This document shows, piece after piece, positions 37,185 through 46,003 of a DNA stretch of 64,000 bases (its first letter is position 1; every line of letters starts with the position of its first letter). The stretch is taken from the NCBI GenBank assembly GCA_017555745.1, contig JAFZFU010000026.1, forward strand, positions 28,419 through 92,418, in the 5' to 3' direction. Source of the stretch: Bacteroidales bacterium (GTDB lineage: Bacteria > Bacteroidota > Bacteroidia > Bacteroidales > P3). Made by a program: the position numbers and the translations under genes. Below the pieces are notes generated by a model, which saw nothing but the letters and a program-made list of their open reading frames with translations, did no database searches and was not told where the DNA came from.

Positions 37185-37804
37185 TGGATACACTACCCTC
37201 GAAAATATTGGAAAATGTAGTCAACGAACTATCGAAACTACCCGGAATAGGCAAACGCACAGCATTGCGCTTTGCACTACATCTGCTTAAACAACCGATA
37301 AAAGAAACTGAAACATTGGCAGCGGCACTCACAAGTTTGGTAACAGAGATAAAATATTGCTCAAGATGCCATTGTATATCAGACAGCGAAATATGTCCTA
37401 CATGTTCCAATCCCAAGCGCAACAACACTATAGTGTGTGTGGTGGAAAATATACAAGACGTAATGGCCATAGAAAATACGGGACAATTTAACGGACTATA
37501 TCACGTATTGGGTGGAGTGATATCACCAATAGATGGGATAGGAATCAACGACTTGAATATTGTCAACCTTATAGAACGGGTAGAAAGAGAAAATATAAAA
37601 GAAGTGATATTGGCACTGCCCACCACCATGGAGGGCGACACGACCAACTTTTACCTTAACAAACAATTGCAAAAATACGATATAACTATAAGTACTATAG
37701 CCCGTGGTATAGCCATAGGCGACAATCTTGAGTATGCTGATGAGATAACACTCGGACGCTCGATACTAAACCGTGTACCATTCGATAATGTATTCAAACG
37801 ATAG
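37184..37804 (+). CDS. recR: Recombination protein RecR
   Basis: [17 protein letters not shown] HhH, C4 zinc finger ([16 protein letters not shown]), Toprim domain. Its ATG overlaps the upstream stop. Confidence 0.95.
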   Translation: MDTLPSKILENVVNELSKLPGIGKRTALRFALHLLKQPIKETETLAAALTSLVTEIKYCSRCHCISDSEICPTCSNPKRNNTIVCVVENIQDVMAIENTGQFNGLYHVLGGVISPIDGIGINDLNIVNLIERVERENIKEVILALPTTMEGDTTNFYLNKQLQKYDITISTIARGIAIGDNLEYADEITLGRSILNRVPFDNVFKR

Positions 37805-37862
37805 GCACAAATAGCACGAAAAAATATTTTCGATAAAATTTGGTCAATTGAAAATTTAGATG

Positions 37863-37870
37863 TAAATTTG
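37863..37870 (+). promoter_or_regulatory. -7 box for kamA
   Basis: TAAATTTG with a TTTG about 22 nt upstream. Confidence 0.5.
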
Positions 37871-37946
37871 CAACCTAGTGTATAAGCATACTATGATATG
37901 TAGCACACTGAAAAACAAAGATAAAGTATATAAATAAATAAGATAT

Positions 37947-39194
37947 ATGCAAGTAAATAGAAGAGCTGAACTATTTCCAAATGTTACCGACGAACAATGG
38001 AACGATTGGAAATGGCAAGTAAAGAATCGTATAGAAACTTTGGAAGAGCTTAACAAATACGTTAACCTTACCGAAGAAGAACAAGAAGGAGTACGCAAAT
38101 CGTTGCAAACATTGCGTATGGCAATCACCCCATACTATTTGAGTTTGATAGATCCTAACGACCCAAACGATCCCGTTCGTCGTCAGGCTATACCTACCGA
38201 AGCTGAAACTCATATTTCGGCTGCCGATTTGCAAGATCCTTTGCACGAAGATGAAGACTCTCCAACTCCCGGTCTTACTCATCGTTACCCGGATAGAGTA
38301 TTGTTGTTAATCACCGATATGTGTTCGATGTATTGCCGTCACTGTACTCGTCGCCGTTTTGCAGGACAAAACGACTGCGAATCACCATCGGAACGCATAC
38401 AAAAAGCTATCGACTATATAGCCAAGACTCCTACAGTACGCGACGTACTATTGTCGGGGGGCGATGCTTTGATGGTAAACGACGAAATGTTGGAATCTAT
38501 TATCAAACGCTTGCGTGCTATCCCTCACGTAGAAATTATCCGCATAGGTTCGAGAACTCCTGTGGTATGTCCTCAACGTATCACCGATAAACTCGTAAAC
38601 ATGCTTAAACAATATCACCCAATTTGGTTGAACACTCACTTTAACCACCCCAACGAAATGACTCCCGATGCTTCGGCTGCTTTGGCAAAACTTGCTAACG
38701 CAGGTATTCCTTTGGGTAACCAAACAGTGCTTTTGCGTGGTGTAAACGACTGCGTACATGTAATGAAACGTTTGGTACACTTGTTGGTTAAAAACAGAGT
38801 TCGTCCATATTACATCTACCAATGCGACCTATCGATGGGATTGGAACACTTCCGTACTCCTGTATCGAAAGGTATCGAAATCATTGAAGGTTTGCGCGGA
38901 CACACTTCGGGATATGCCGTTCCTACATTTGTAGTTGACGCTCCGGGCGGTGGTGGTAAAACTCCGGTAATGCCTAACTATGTAATATCGCAAAGCCCAC
39001 GCAAAGTGATATTGAGAAACTTCGAAGGCGTTATCACTACTTACACCGAACCTGAAAACTATGTAGACGAATGCCACTGCATAGATTGCCAAAACAAGAA
39101 ACAGATAGACGAAGGCGTATGCTCGCTTTTGGAAACTGACCGCATGGCTTTGGAACCCGGTTATTTGGCTCGTAAAGAAAGAAACAAAAAATAG
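37947..39194 (+). CDS. kamA: Lysine 2,3-aminomutase (radical SAM, KamA type)
   Basis: CSMYCRHCTRRR radical-SAM cluster motif, SGGDAL, and PYYIYQCDLSMGLEHFRTP. At 415 aa it has the long KamA-type C-terminus rather than the short EpmB type. Confidence 0.9.
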   Translation: MQVNRRAELFPNVTDEQWNDWKWQVKNRIETLEELNKYVNLTEEEQEGVRKSLQTLRMAITPYYLSLIDPNDPNDPVRRQAIPTEAETHISAADLQDPLHEDEDSPTPGLTHRYPDRVLLLITDMCSMYCRHCTRRRFAGQNDCESPSERIQKAIDYIAKTPTVRDVLLSGGDALMVNDEMLESIIKRLRAIPHVEIIRIGSRTPVVCPQRITDKLVNMLKQYHPIWLNTHFNHPNEMTPDASAALAKLANAGIPLGNQTVLLRGVNDCVHVMKRLVHLLVKNRVRPYYIYQCDLSMGLEHFRTPVSKGIEIIEGLRGHTSGYAVPTFVVDAPGGGGKTPVMPNYVISQSPRKVILRNFEGVITTYTEPENYVDECHCIDCQNKKQIDEGVCSLLETDRMALEPGYLARKERNKK

Positions 39195-39203
39195 TACTTG
39201 ATA

Positions 39204-39236
39204 AAAGTCTGCTGCCTTGTGCAGTGGACTTTTATT
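39204..39236 (+). terminator. Terminator after kamA
   Basis: Imperfect stem aaagtctgctgc-cttg-tgcagtggacttt followed by TTATT. Confidence 0.55.
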
Positions 39237-39309
39237 GCATTTGTAAATATATAAAGGAGAAGTCGAAAACCTTGATCAGAGTAGACACTTAAAATAACAC
39301 TGATGGATT

Positions 39310-39507
39310 ATGAAGAAAGTAATGTTGACATTGGCAGTGGTAGCTTTCGCAGTCTCGTTGACTTCTTGCAAAAAAACTTGTATGTGTTCATATTCAGCAG
39401 ACAATGGTGACCAAATAGTTGTAGAAATGGAATTAGTGGGAGGTTGCTGGGATTTGAACACTTCTGTAACGATAGACGGAACCACCAGAACTGTAGAATG
39501 CGAATAA
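39310..39507 (+). CDS. Tiny Cys-rich lipoprotein (paralog 1)
   Basis: Lipobox LTSC. The mature ~46 aa has the pattern C-x2-T-C-x-C...C...ECE-stop. A paralog lies 124 bp downstream. Confidence 0.6.
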   Translation: MKKVMLTLAVVAFAVSLTSCKKTCMCSYSADNGDQIVVEMELVGGCWDLNTSVTIDGTTRTVECE

Positions 39508-39630
39508 TCCGATAGTCAAAATAGATATTTGATGTATCGACAAAAACAGAAGAAATCTAAACAATAAAGATATATGGGAGAAGCCGAAAACCATTAACAG
39601 AGTAGGCAATAACATTAAACACTTAATCAA

Positions 39631-39837
39631 ATGAAAAAAGTATTTTTAACTTTAGCAGTAGTTGCTTTCGTGGCATCGTTGGCATCTTGCGACAAAACTT
39701 GTACTTGTAAATCTTACGTAGCCGGAGTTTCTGCTACTTCAGAAGTAGAATTGGAAGAATTAGATGTAGATAAATGTAGTGACGTGAACACTGTTGTTGA
39801 AGTAGCCGGTATAAAATCAGGTACAGAATGCGAATAA
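39631..39837 (+). CDS. Tiny Cys-rich lipoprotein (paralog 2)
   Basis: Lipobox LASC and the same Cys pattern and ECE C-terminus as 39310..39507. Followed by a rho-independent terminator. Confidence 0.6.
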   Translation: MKKVFLTLAVVAFVASLASCDKTCTCKSYVAGVSATSEVELEELDVDKCSDVNTVVEVAGIKSGTECE

Positions 39838-39850
39838 TTCGATAAGCTAA

Positions 39851-39881
39851 AGAGAGAGGCATTGTGCTTCTCTCTTTTTTT
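39851..39881 (+). terminator. Terminator after the second small lipoprotein gene
   Basis: agagagaggc-attgt-gcttctctct followed by TTTTTT. Confidence 0.8.
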
Positions 39882-39893
39882 GTGTAAAACAAT

Positions 39894-39925
39894 AAAGGGT
39901 AGAAACACCGATGTTTCTACCCTTT
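39894..39925 (-). terminator. Terminator hairpin of the HU-like gene
   Basis: aaagggtagaaac-accgat-gtttctacccttt. The stem sequence is nearly identical to the hairpin at 6742..6770. Confidence 0.65.
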
Positions 39926-39944
39926 GTTTTAAGTGCCGAAAAGT

Positions 39945-40454
39945 TTAGCCGGCAAAGCCTCCACCGCCGGAAGTATCTCCGCCTTGGTTGCCTTGTTCGT
40001 TGTTTGTAACGTCGTCTTCCTCAATGTCGCCATCTTCAGCGTCGCCTTTGGCCGATGGCAAATAAGTCCACTCAATATCATCGGCAATAAGAGTGTTGAT
40101 TTTCTTGCCTTTCTGTGCACCAACAGCCGATTTCATTGCGGGGCGAAACTGCACTTTGATGTTCGTAACCTGGTCCATCGATACCTCTTCGGGGGTGTCG
40201 ACACCGGTTTTCTTACACTCGAAATTCAAGAAAAACGAGCCTATCCCATCTAATTTCACCGAATGACCTTCGGCCAAATAGCGAGTCATCACTGTGGGGA
40301 TTGCCGTTAGCACCGCCATTACATCGGTCTGACTTACGGTGCTTTCCTTTTCGATGTCTTTTGCCAAACGTTTGGCATCATAGGTGCTTACTGTTTTAGG
40401 TCTGGGTATCCACTTACCTGTAAGCTTCACGAATTGTTTGCTAAAGAATGCCAT
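39945..40454 (-). CDS. Bacteroidales-type HU-related DNA-binding protein with acidic/Gly-rich C-terminal tail
   Basis: The N-terminal ~120 aa has the HU/IHF-like pattern of the HU_rel family (LAKDIEKESTVSQTDVMAVLTAI...LAEGHSVKLDGIGSF). The tail is DAEDGDIEEDDVTNNEQGNQGGDTSGGGGFAG. Confidence 0.7.
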   Translation of the reverse strand: MAFFSKQFVKLTGKWIPRPKTVSTYDAKRLAKDIEKESTVSQTDVMAVLTAIPTVMTRYLAEGHSVKLDGIGSFFLNFECKKTGVDTPEEVSMDQVTNIKVQFRPAMKSAVGAQKGKKINTLIADDIEWTYLPSAKGDAEDGDIEEDDVTNNEQGNQGGDTSGGGGFAG

Positions 40455-40530
40455 GATTTTTTGATTTTAAATAGTTAATAATTTTAAAAATTACGCTTTC
40501 TAAAGAAAGATGTTTCGAAGTTGTGTTTTT

Positions 40531-40680
40531 GACCTTAAAAGGAGGATTTTTTGACCCTCCAAGGTTCTTTTGTGAACCTTCCAAGGTTCAGACGTGAACC
40601 TTTAAAGATTCAGACGTGAACCTTCCAAGGTTCGCAAAAGGGGTCTCCAACACTCTCCGAGCACCTCTCCAAAGGTTTTT
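40531..40680. repeat. 22-bp tandem array with palindromic core GAACCTTCCAAGGTTC
   Basis: Three well-conserved units gtgaaccttccaaggttcagac start at 40572, 40594 and 40616. Degenerate in-phase units flank them on both sides (40531, 40551; 40638 onward). Confidence 0.85.
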
Positions 40681-40804
40681 CCGTAACGATGAAAAATTGG
40701 TTTTTAGTATATGGAACGTTCAAAAAAAATCTTAAAATAATTTTTCAGGAAAATCTGCATTTATCCCTCCCGAGCATTCATGATTTGTGTCGAAACATTG
40801 CCCC

Positions 40805-40837
40805 CAAAAAAAAGACGATGCCAAAAGCACCGTCTTT
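40805..40837 (-). terminator. Terminator of glmS
   Basis: aagacgatgc-caaaa-gcaccgtctt. On the minus strand a T8 run follows. Confidence 0.8.
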
Positions 40838-40871
40838 ACCAAATTATTATTTATAAAAAGATAGTTTCAAT

Positions 40872-42716
40872 TTATTCCACCGTTACCGATTTGGCAAGGT
40901 TGCGAGGTTGGTCCACGTCGCGGCCTTTGGCAATGGCTATGTAGTACGAAATAAGTTGCAACGGCACAATGGTAAGCAACGGAGTAAAGCAATCCATTGT
41001 GCTTGGTATTTCGAAATAAAGGTCCGAAAGTTCCTTTATGGCGGTGTCGCCTTCGGTAACGATGGAAATAATCTTACCTTTACGAGCCTTTATTTCTTGT
41101 ACGTTGCTGAGGATTTTTTCGTATTTCGAATGTGCGGGTGCTATCACCACCACGGGCATTTCTTCGTCGATAAGGGCTATGGGTCCGTGTTTCATTTCGG
41201 CCGACGGATAGCCTTCGGCGTGGATATACGAGATTTCTTTCAACTTCAATGCGCCTTCCAACGCTATGGGGTAGTTGTAGCCACGTCCGAGGTAGATAAA
41301 GTTTCGTGCGTATGTGAATATTTTCGAATACTTGGCTATCTTGTCGTTAAGTTTCAAGGTCTTTTTTATCTTTTCGGGAATGGTTTGCAATTCGTCGACA
41401 AGTTGTTGGAAATATTCCTTGCTTATGGTTTGTTTTTCTTTGGCAATGGCCATTGCTATAAGCATAAGGGTTGTAACCTGAGCAGTGAAGGCCTTGGTTG
41501 ATGCCACACCTATTTCGGGTCCTATGTGTAGGTAAGAGCCTGTATCAGTAGCACGTGGTATCGACGAGCCTACCACGTTGCATATACCGTAAAGGAAAGC
41601 TCCTTTTTCTTTGGCCAATTGTATAGCTGCCAATGTGTCGGCTGTTTCGCCCGATTGCGATATGGCTATAACGATGTCTTTGTCGGTAACCACCGGGTTG
41701 CGGTAGCGGAATTCCGACGAGTATTCCACCTCTACCTGTATGCGGGTGAGTTCTTCGATAATGTATTTCCCTATCAGTCCGGCATGCCACGAGGTTCCGC
41801 AAGCACATATTATTATGCGTTCGGCATTCATTATGCGTTCGCGATGGTTGATGATGGCCGATAGCAATACGTCTTTTTCTTCTATATTCAAACGTCCTTT
41901 CATGCTGTTGAGCAGGGCTTCGGGTTGTTCGAATATTTCTTTAAGCATATAGTGGGGGAAGCCTCCTTTTTCGATGTCGTTGAGGCTCATCTCCAATGTT
42001 TTTACAAGATGTGTTTGGGCTACGTTTTCGAGGTTTACAACCTGTAAGTCGCCTTCGCGTGTCATCATGGCTATCTCTTCTTCGCCAAGATATACCACTT
42101 TGTTGGTGTATTCGATAAGAGGGGTGGCGTCGGAGCCTATGTAAAATTCGTTTTCGCCCACGCCTATTACCAGCGGGCTGCCTTTGCGTGCTGCTATAAG
42201 GCGGTTGGAGTTGCTTTTGTCTATAACCACTATGGCGTATGCTCCTATCACGTTTTTAAGTGCCAATTGTACGGCGGTGAATAGGTCGCAATCGTGTTCT
42301 TCTTTTATGTATTCGATAAATTGGATAAGCACCTCGGTGTCGGTTTCGCTTTGAAAAGTGCGTCCATGATTCATCATTTCTTGTTTCAATGGCTTATAGT
42401 TCTCTATGATACCATTGTGTATCAATGCTAGGTTTCCCGACTGCGAGTAGTGGGGGTGTGCATTGGTGGTATTTGGTTCGCCATGAGTGGCCCAACGTGT
42501 GTGTGCCACACCTATGGTTCCGCTTATATCTTTATCTTCGATATGTTTTTCCAAATCTGCCACTTTGCCTTTGCTTTTGTATACCGAAAGGTTGCCATTG
42601 TTGTTTATCAATGCCACACCGGCACTGTCGTAACCTCTGTATTCCAAACGATGCAGACCTTTTAATAAAATATGACAAGCGTCTTTAGGTCCGATGTATC
42701 CAACTATTCCACACAT
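40872..42716 (-). CDS. glmS: Glutamine--fructose-6-phosphate aminotransferase
   Basis: MCGIVGYIG Ntn nucleophile, two SIS domains, C-terminal LAKSVTVE. Confidence 0.97.
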   Translation of the reverse strand: MCGIVGYIGPKDACHILLKGLHRLEYRGYDSAGVALINNNGNLSVYKSKGKVADLEKHIEDKDISGTIGVAHTRWATHGEPNTTNAHPHYSQSGNLALIHNGIIENYKPLKQEMMNHGRTFQSETDTEVLIQFIEYIKEEHDCDLFTAVQLALKNVIGAYAIVVIDKSNSNRLIAARKGSPLVIGVGENEFYIGSDATPLIEYTNKVVYLGEEEIAMMTREGDLQVVNLENVAQTHLVKTLEMSLNDIEKGGFPHYMLKEIFEQPEALLNSMKGRLNIEEKDVLLSAIINHRERIMNAERIIICACGTSWHAGLIGKYIIEELTRIQVEVEYSSEFRYRNPVVTDKDIVIAISQSGETADTLAAIQLAKEKGAFLYGICNVVGSSIPRATDTGSYLHIGPEIGVASTKAFTAQVTTLMLIAMAIAKEKQTISKEYFQQLVDELQTIPEKIKKTLKLNDKIAKYSKIFTYARNFIYLGRGYNYPIALEGALKLKEISYIHAEGYPSAEMKHGPIALIDEEMPVVVIAPAHSKYEKILSNVQEIKARKGKIISIVTEGDTAIKELSDLYFEIPSTMDCFTPLLTIVPLQLISYYIAIAKGRDVDQPRNLAKSVTVE

Positions 42717-42769
42717 AATCAGTTAATTTAGTTAAACATTTTGTTCTGTTAATCTTTTAAATTGAACTG

Positions 42770-42777
42770 CAAAGTTA
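42770..42777 (-). promoter_or_regulatory. -7 box for glmS
   Basis: Minus-strand TAACTTTG about 55 nt upstream of the ATG at 42716. Confidence 0.5.
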
Positions 42778-42840
42778 CACTTTTTATTTACCAATTAAAA
42801 ATATTTATTCTTAAAATTTCGACAAAAATCAATAAAGTTG

Positions 42841-42848
42841 TAATTTTG
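42841..42848 (+). promoter_or_regulatory. -7 box for prmC
   Basis: TAATTTTG in the divergent intergenic region. Confidence 0.45.
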
Positions 42849-42916
42849 CATTTGGTTATCATAAAACAAAAAATATATAATTGATTATAATACAACAAAA
42901 TTAAACGAAAATAGTT

Positions 42917-43777
42917 ATGCGGATACCCTCAAATAAAGTTTGCGATATAGAACGATTTGCTTACCAAGAATTGTCTAATCTTTATAGCCGAAACGAAATA
43001 CGATGCTACTTGCAGATGTTGTTCGAACATTTTTTGGGTTGGAGTATGGCGCATTTTTTGATATCTAAAAGCAAAACCATAAACCAATCGGACCTCTTGA
43101 AGTTTAACTTTGCCATTAAGGACTTGCGTAACGGCAAGCCCATACAGCATATAATAGGCAGCGTAGATTTTTGCAACACCAAACTATCGGTATCGAAAGA
43201 TACTCTTATTCCACGACCCGAAACGGCCGAGTTGGTATACCTCATAAGGCAAAACGAAGAGCCTGCAACCATACTTGATATATGTACCGGCAGTGGATGT
43301 ATAGCCATAGCATTGGCCAAGACCTTAGGTGGCTCTAAAGTATTTGCTTGTGATATTTCGCCCGAGGCTATGTCTGTAGCAAAAAAGAATGCCGATGCCA
43401 ATCATGTGGATATAAACTTTGCCTCTGCCGATATACTGCAAGAAATCAATCCTTTCGAACAAGAGGAGTATGATATTATAGTGAGCAATCCTCCATACGT
43501 TAGAGAATCCGAAAAGGAACAAATGCATCGCAATGTACTCGACTACGAACCTCATATTGCATTATTTGTATCCGATAACGACCCTTTGCTTTTTTATCGA
43601 CATATAGCATCGTTTGCAGCTAAACATCAACGCAAAGGTGCTAAACTCTATTTCGAAATTAACGAGGCTTTTGGAAACGAAACGGCAGCCCTACTCCAAG
43701 AGCAAGGCTACCATAGCATTATTCATAAAGATTCGTTTGGCAAAGACCGCATGATAGAGGCTGTTAAACTTGCCTAA
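42917..43777 (+). CDS. prmC: Release factor glutamine N5-methyltransferase
   Basis: LIPRPETE-like (LIPRPETAE), DICTGSGCIA and NPPY motifs. Confidence 0.9.
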   Translation: MRIPSNKVCDIERFAYQELSNLYSRNEIRCYLQMLFEHFLGWSMAHFLISKSKTINQSDLLKFNFAIKDLRNGKPIQHIIGSVDFCNTKLSVSKDTLIPRPETAELVYLIRQNEEPATILDICTGSGCIAIALAKTLGGSKVFACDISPEAMSVAKKNADANHVDINFASADILQEINPFEQEEYDIIVSNPPYVRESEKEQMHRNVLDYEPHIALFVSDNDPLLFYRHIASFAAKHQRKGAKLYFEINEAFGNETAALLQEQGYHSIIHKDSFGKDRMIEAVKLA

Positions 43778-43779
43778 AG

Positions 43780-44859
43780 TTATCTGATTTTAATAGTCTC
43801 TACGGGTTGTGAGTCTTTTTTGTCTAACTCGTGATATTGATATTTTACCTTTTCGAAGTCGATATCTGCCAATGCTATCCTGCGAATGCTGTTGTTGTAA
43901 AAGGTTTTGTAGTATATTTCTCTGTGAGTTAAATCGATTACCGAAGTCCATTGTGTGGCACTTGGCAAGTCTGGAATTTCTCCTTTTGGATATTCCATGC
44001 CTATTGGTATATCAAAGTTATTTAATATGGTAAAGCATTGTAGCATGGTTTCTCTGGCAGTTTTTAGTGTTGGAGCAGTGGCCTTAAAGAATGCTATACG
44101 TACAAAGCGAGAAGGAGGACTGAAGTCGCCCGGCAATCCTAAAAAGCCTGAGCCATAACTAAACGGAAACACATCGATAGGACCCATCGGGTGACGTTTC
44201 GGATTTTCCGGAGTAAGGTTGACATAGTTGTTGAGATTGGTAATATGCCATTGATAGTTGGGGGCATTGGTAAGCACTCCCAAAACATTTTCGTGTATAT
44301 GCACCACGCCTTCTTCTATTTCTATTACTATCTGCTTGCCAGTTTTGTCGCCTACGCGCCAGTGTATGGCATTGGCCGAACTTGGACCGGGTTGTATAGA
44401 TACTATTCTTACATCGTTTACGCCTTGCATTACTTCGTCGACCGATGAAAATTGCGACAATATCCAAGCCACAAATTGTAAATCGGCAAGGGTAATGCTA
44501 TTGTACGCAGGATTGTAGTCCAAATAGCTACCATAGTTGGGGTAATAAAACAATCCGGCCGATAGCCCGACTTCGTTTATACCTTCGGCTATAAATTCTT
44601 TTTGCGACACTGCCATGCCTACATAGCCGTATTTTGATTTGAAAGTCAAACCATTTTCGCCGGTAGGAGTAAGTGATGTTTGTGAAAAGTGGCGAGGCAC
44701 CACAACGTACATGCTATTTAGGTTGGTGCCTCCCCATTCTATGGTACGAGCCTGAAAATAGCTTCCATCGGCGGATCTGAGGGATATACCAGTACATGCC
44801 TCCGACGAAAAATAATGCGTTGTAAATAACAATGCAAACAACAATAATTTCTTTTTCAT
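43780..44859 (-). CDS. Choloylglycine hydrolase family (Ntn linear amide C-N hydrolase; bile-salt hydrolase/penicillin V acylase-like)
   Basis: Signal peptide ending ...SSEA followed by the nucleophile CTGISL. Family-typical length of ~340 aa. Confidence 0.8.
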   Translation of the reverse strand: MKKKLLLFALLFTTHYFSSEACTGISLRSADGSYFQARTIEWGGTNLNSMYVVVPRHFSQTSLTPTGENGLTFKSKYGYVGMAVSQKEFIAEGINEVGLSAGLFYYPNYGSYLDYNPAYNSITLADLQFVAWILSQFSSVDEVMQGVNDVRIVSIQPGPSSANAIHWRVGDKTGKQIVIEIEEGVVHIHENVLGVLTNAPNYQWHITNLNNYVNLTPENPKRHPMGPIDVFPFSYGSGFLGLPGDFSPPSRFVRIAFFKATAPTLKTARETMLQCFTILNNFDIPIGMEYPKGEIPDLPSATQWTSVIDLTHREIYYKTFYNNSIRRIALADIDFEKVKYQYHELDKKDSQPVETIKIR

Positions 44860-44989
44860 AGTTCCTTTTTTTAAGTTTTACTACAGAAAAACAAATTATA
44901 GTTCGAGATGTTCACCTCGTTATACTTCTAAATTTATTTCCGCTTGTCCTATTGTCGGTAACCAGATAATTTGAGTATATTAAACCACT

Positions 44990-45020
44990 AACGCTCGAAA
45001 TATTAGTCATTTCGAGCGTT
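44990..45020 (-). terminator. Hairpin after the GSCFA gene
   Basis: aacgctcgaaat-attagtc-atttcgagcgtt forms a 12-bp perfect stem, but the T tract is weak. Confidence 0.5.
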
Positions 45021-45046
45021 ATTAGTGCGATAATCATTACAGATGA

Positions 45047-46003
45047 TTAGTATTTGCTTATCTTTTTGGGTTCTATCAGTTCGTTTAGTTTTAGTTCTAT
45101 TTGTTTTATTTTCTCTTGATGTGCTTTGTATTCATCGCTATCGGGGTAGAAAGGGCGATGCTGTTTCATTTTTTTATATTTGTCCATAATGTTACAAATA
45201 TCTTTTGTACTTTCGTTGGTGTAAGTATCCAATAATTTTTCCCAAATTATTTCTATGGCAACACCATTTGGGTGTAGCATGTCTGACTCAAAAAAACGAT
45301 AGTCTCGCAATTCGTCCATCACTATTTCGTATGATGGGAAGTAATGAAACACATCGGTATTTTGTTGTAATTTATTTATCGCCAAATGTAATGTTGATTT
45401 GCTTAGTTGGTTTTCGCGAAATCCTTCTTTCCAATGTCGTATGGGACTTACTGTTAGTATTATTTTTGCTTTAGGATTGTATGAGTGTAGTTTTTCGTTT
45501 AATGCCATATAGCGAGTGTATATTTCTTCTACCGACGAAAGTTGTCTGTCGAAGTTAGCCCCCGGCCATTTATGACAATTGCCTACTACTATGTTTCTTT
45601 CTTTCAAAGTGTATGTAAGTGCTGTTCCCCATGTGATGAAGATATAGTCCACCTCTTTCAAAAAGGCATGAGCTTGGTATATTGTGTTGTTGCAATTTTG
45701 GAGACATTGCTCTTTCGATATGTCAGAAAATTTGCTATGGTGGTGCCACGAATGCCAAAGATGATTGTTGTAAACCATATCGTTGTCGCATATTGCCTTG
45801 TTGTCGATACAGTGTTCTAAACAAGAGGCTATCGAAAATGGATTGTACAAAATTCCGAATGGATTTCTCATACATTTAAATCCAAAATACTCCATCTTTT
45901 CGCCTATCGAGTCGGTGAAACAAGAGCCTACAAGCATCACATTGTGAGTATGAGACAATGTGATGCCGTCTTTTTGAGGTAATACTATGGTTTGTAGTTT
46001 CAT
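45047..46003 (-). CDS. GSCFA-domain protein
   Basis: The eponymous motif is present (VMLVGSCFTDSIGEKM), with an SGNH-like layout. 4-nt overlap with the dnaE stop. Confidence 0.7.
   Translation of the reverse strand: MKLQTIVLPQKDGITLSHTHNVMLVGSCFTDSIGEKMEYFGFKCMRNPFGILYNPFSIASCLEHCIDNKAICDNDMVYNNHLWHSWHHHSKFSDISKEQCLQNCNNTIYQAHAFLKEVDYIFITWGTALTYTLKERNIVVGNCHKWPGANFDRQLSSVEEIYTRYMALNEKLHSYNPKAKIILTVSPIRHWKEGFRENQLSKSTLHLAINKLQQNTDVFHYFPSYEIVMDELRDYRFFESDMLHPNGVAIEIIWEKLLDTYTNESTKDICNIMDKYKKMKQHRPFYPDSDEYKAHQEKIKQIELKLNELIEPKKISKY

Noticed and set aside
36859-37470. 203-aa minus-strand ORF spanning the DUF2520/recR junction
   Set aside because: Antisense to two well-supported plus-strand genes and has no recognisable motifs.
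39933-40253. 106-aa plus-strand ORF
   Set aside because: Antisense to the HU-like gene, which has the better-supported protein pattern, its own terminator hairpin and sensible operon context.
40908-41501. 197-aa plus-strand ORF
   Set aside because: Antisense to glmS.
42717-42800. glmS ribozyme upstream of glmS
   Set aside because: The leader between the -7 box and the ATG is only about 50 nt and AT-rich, too short for the ~170-nt ribozyme, which is known mainly from Firmicutes.
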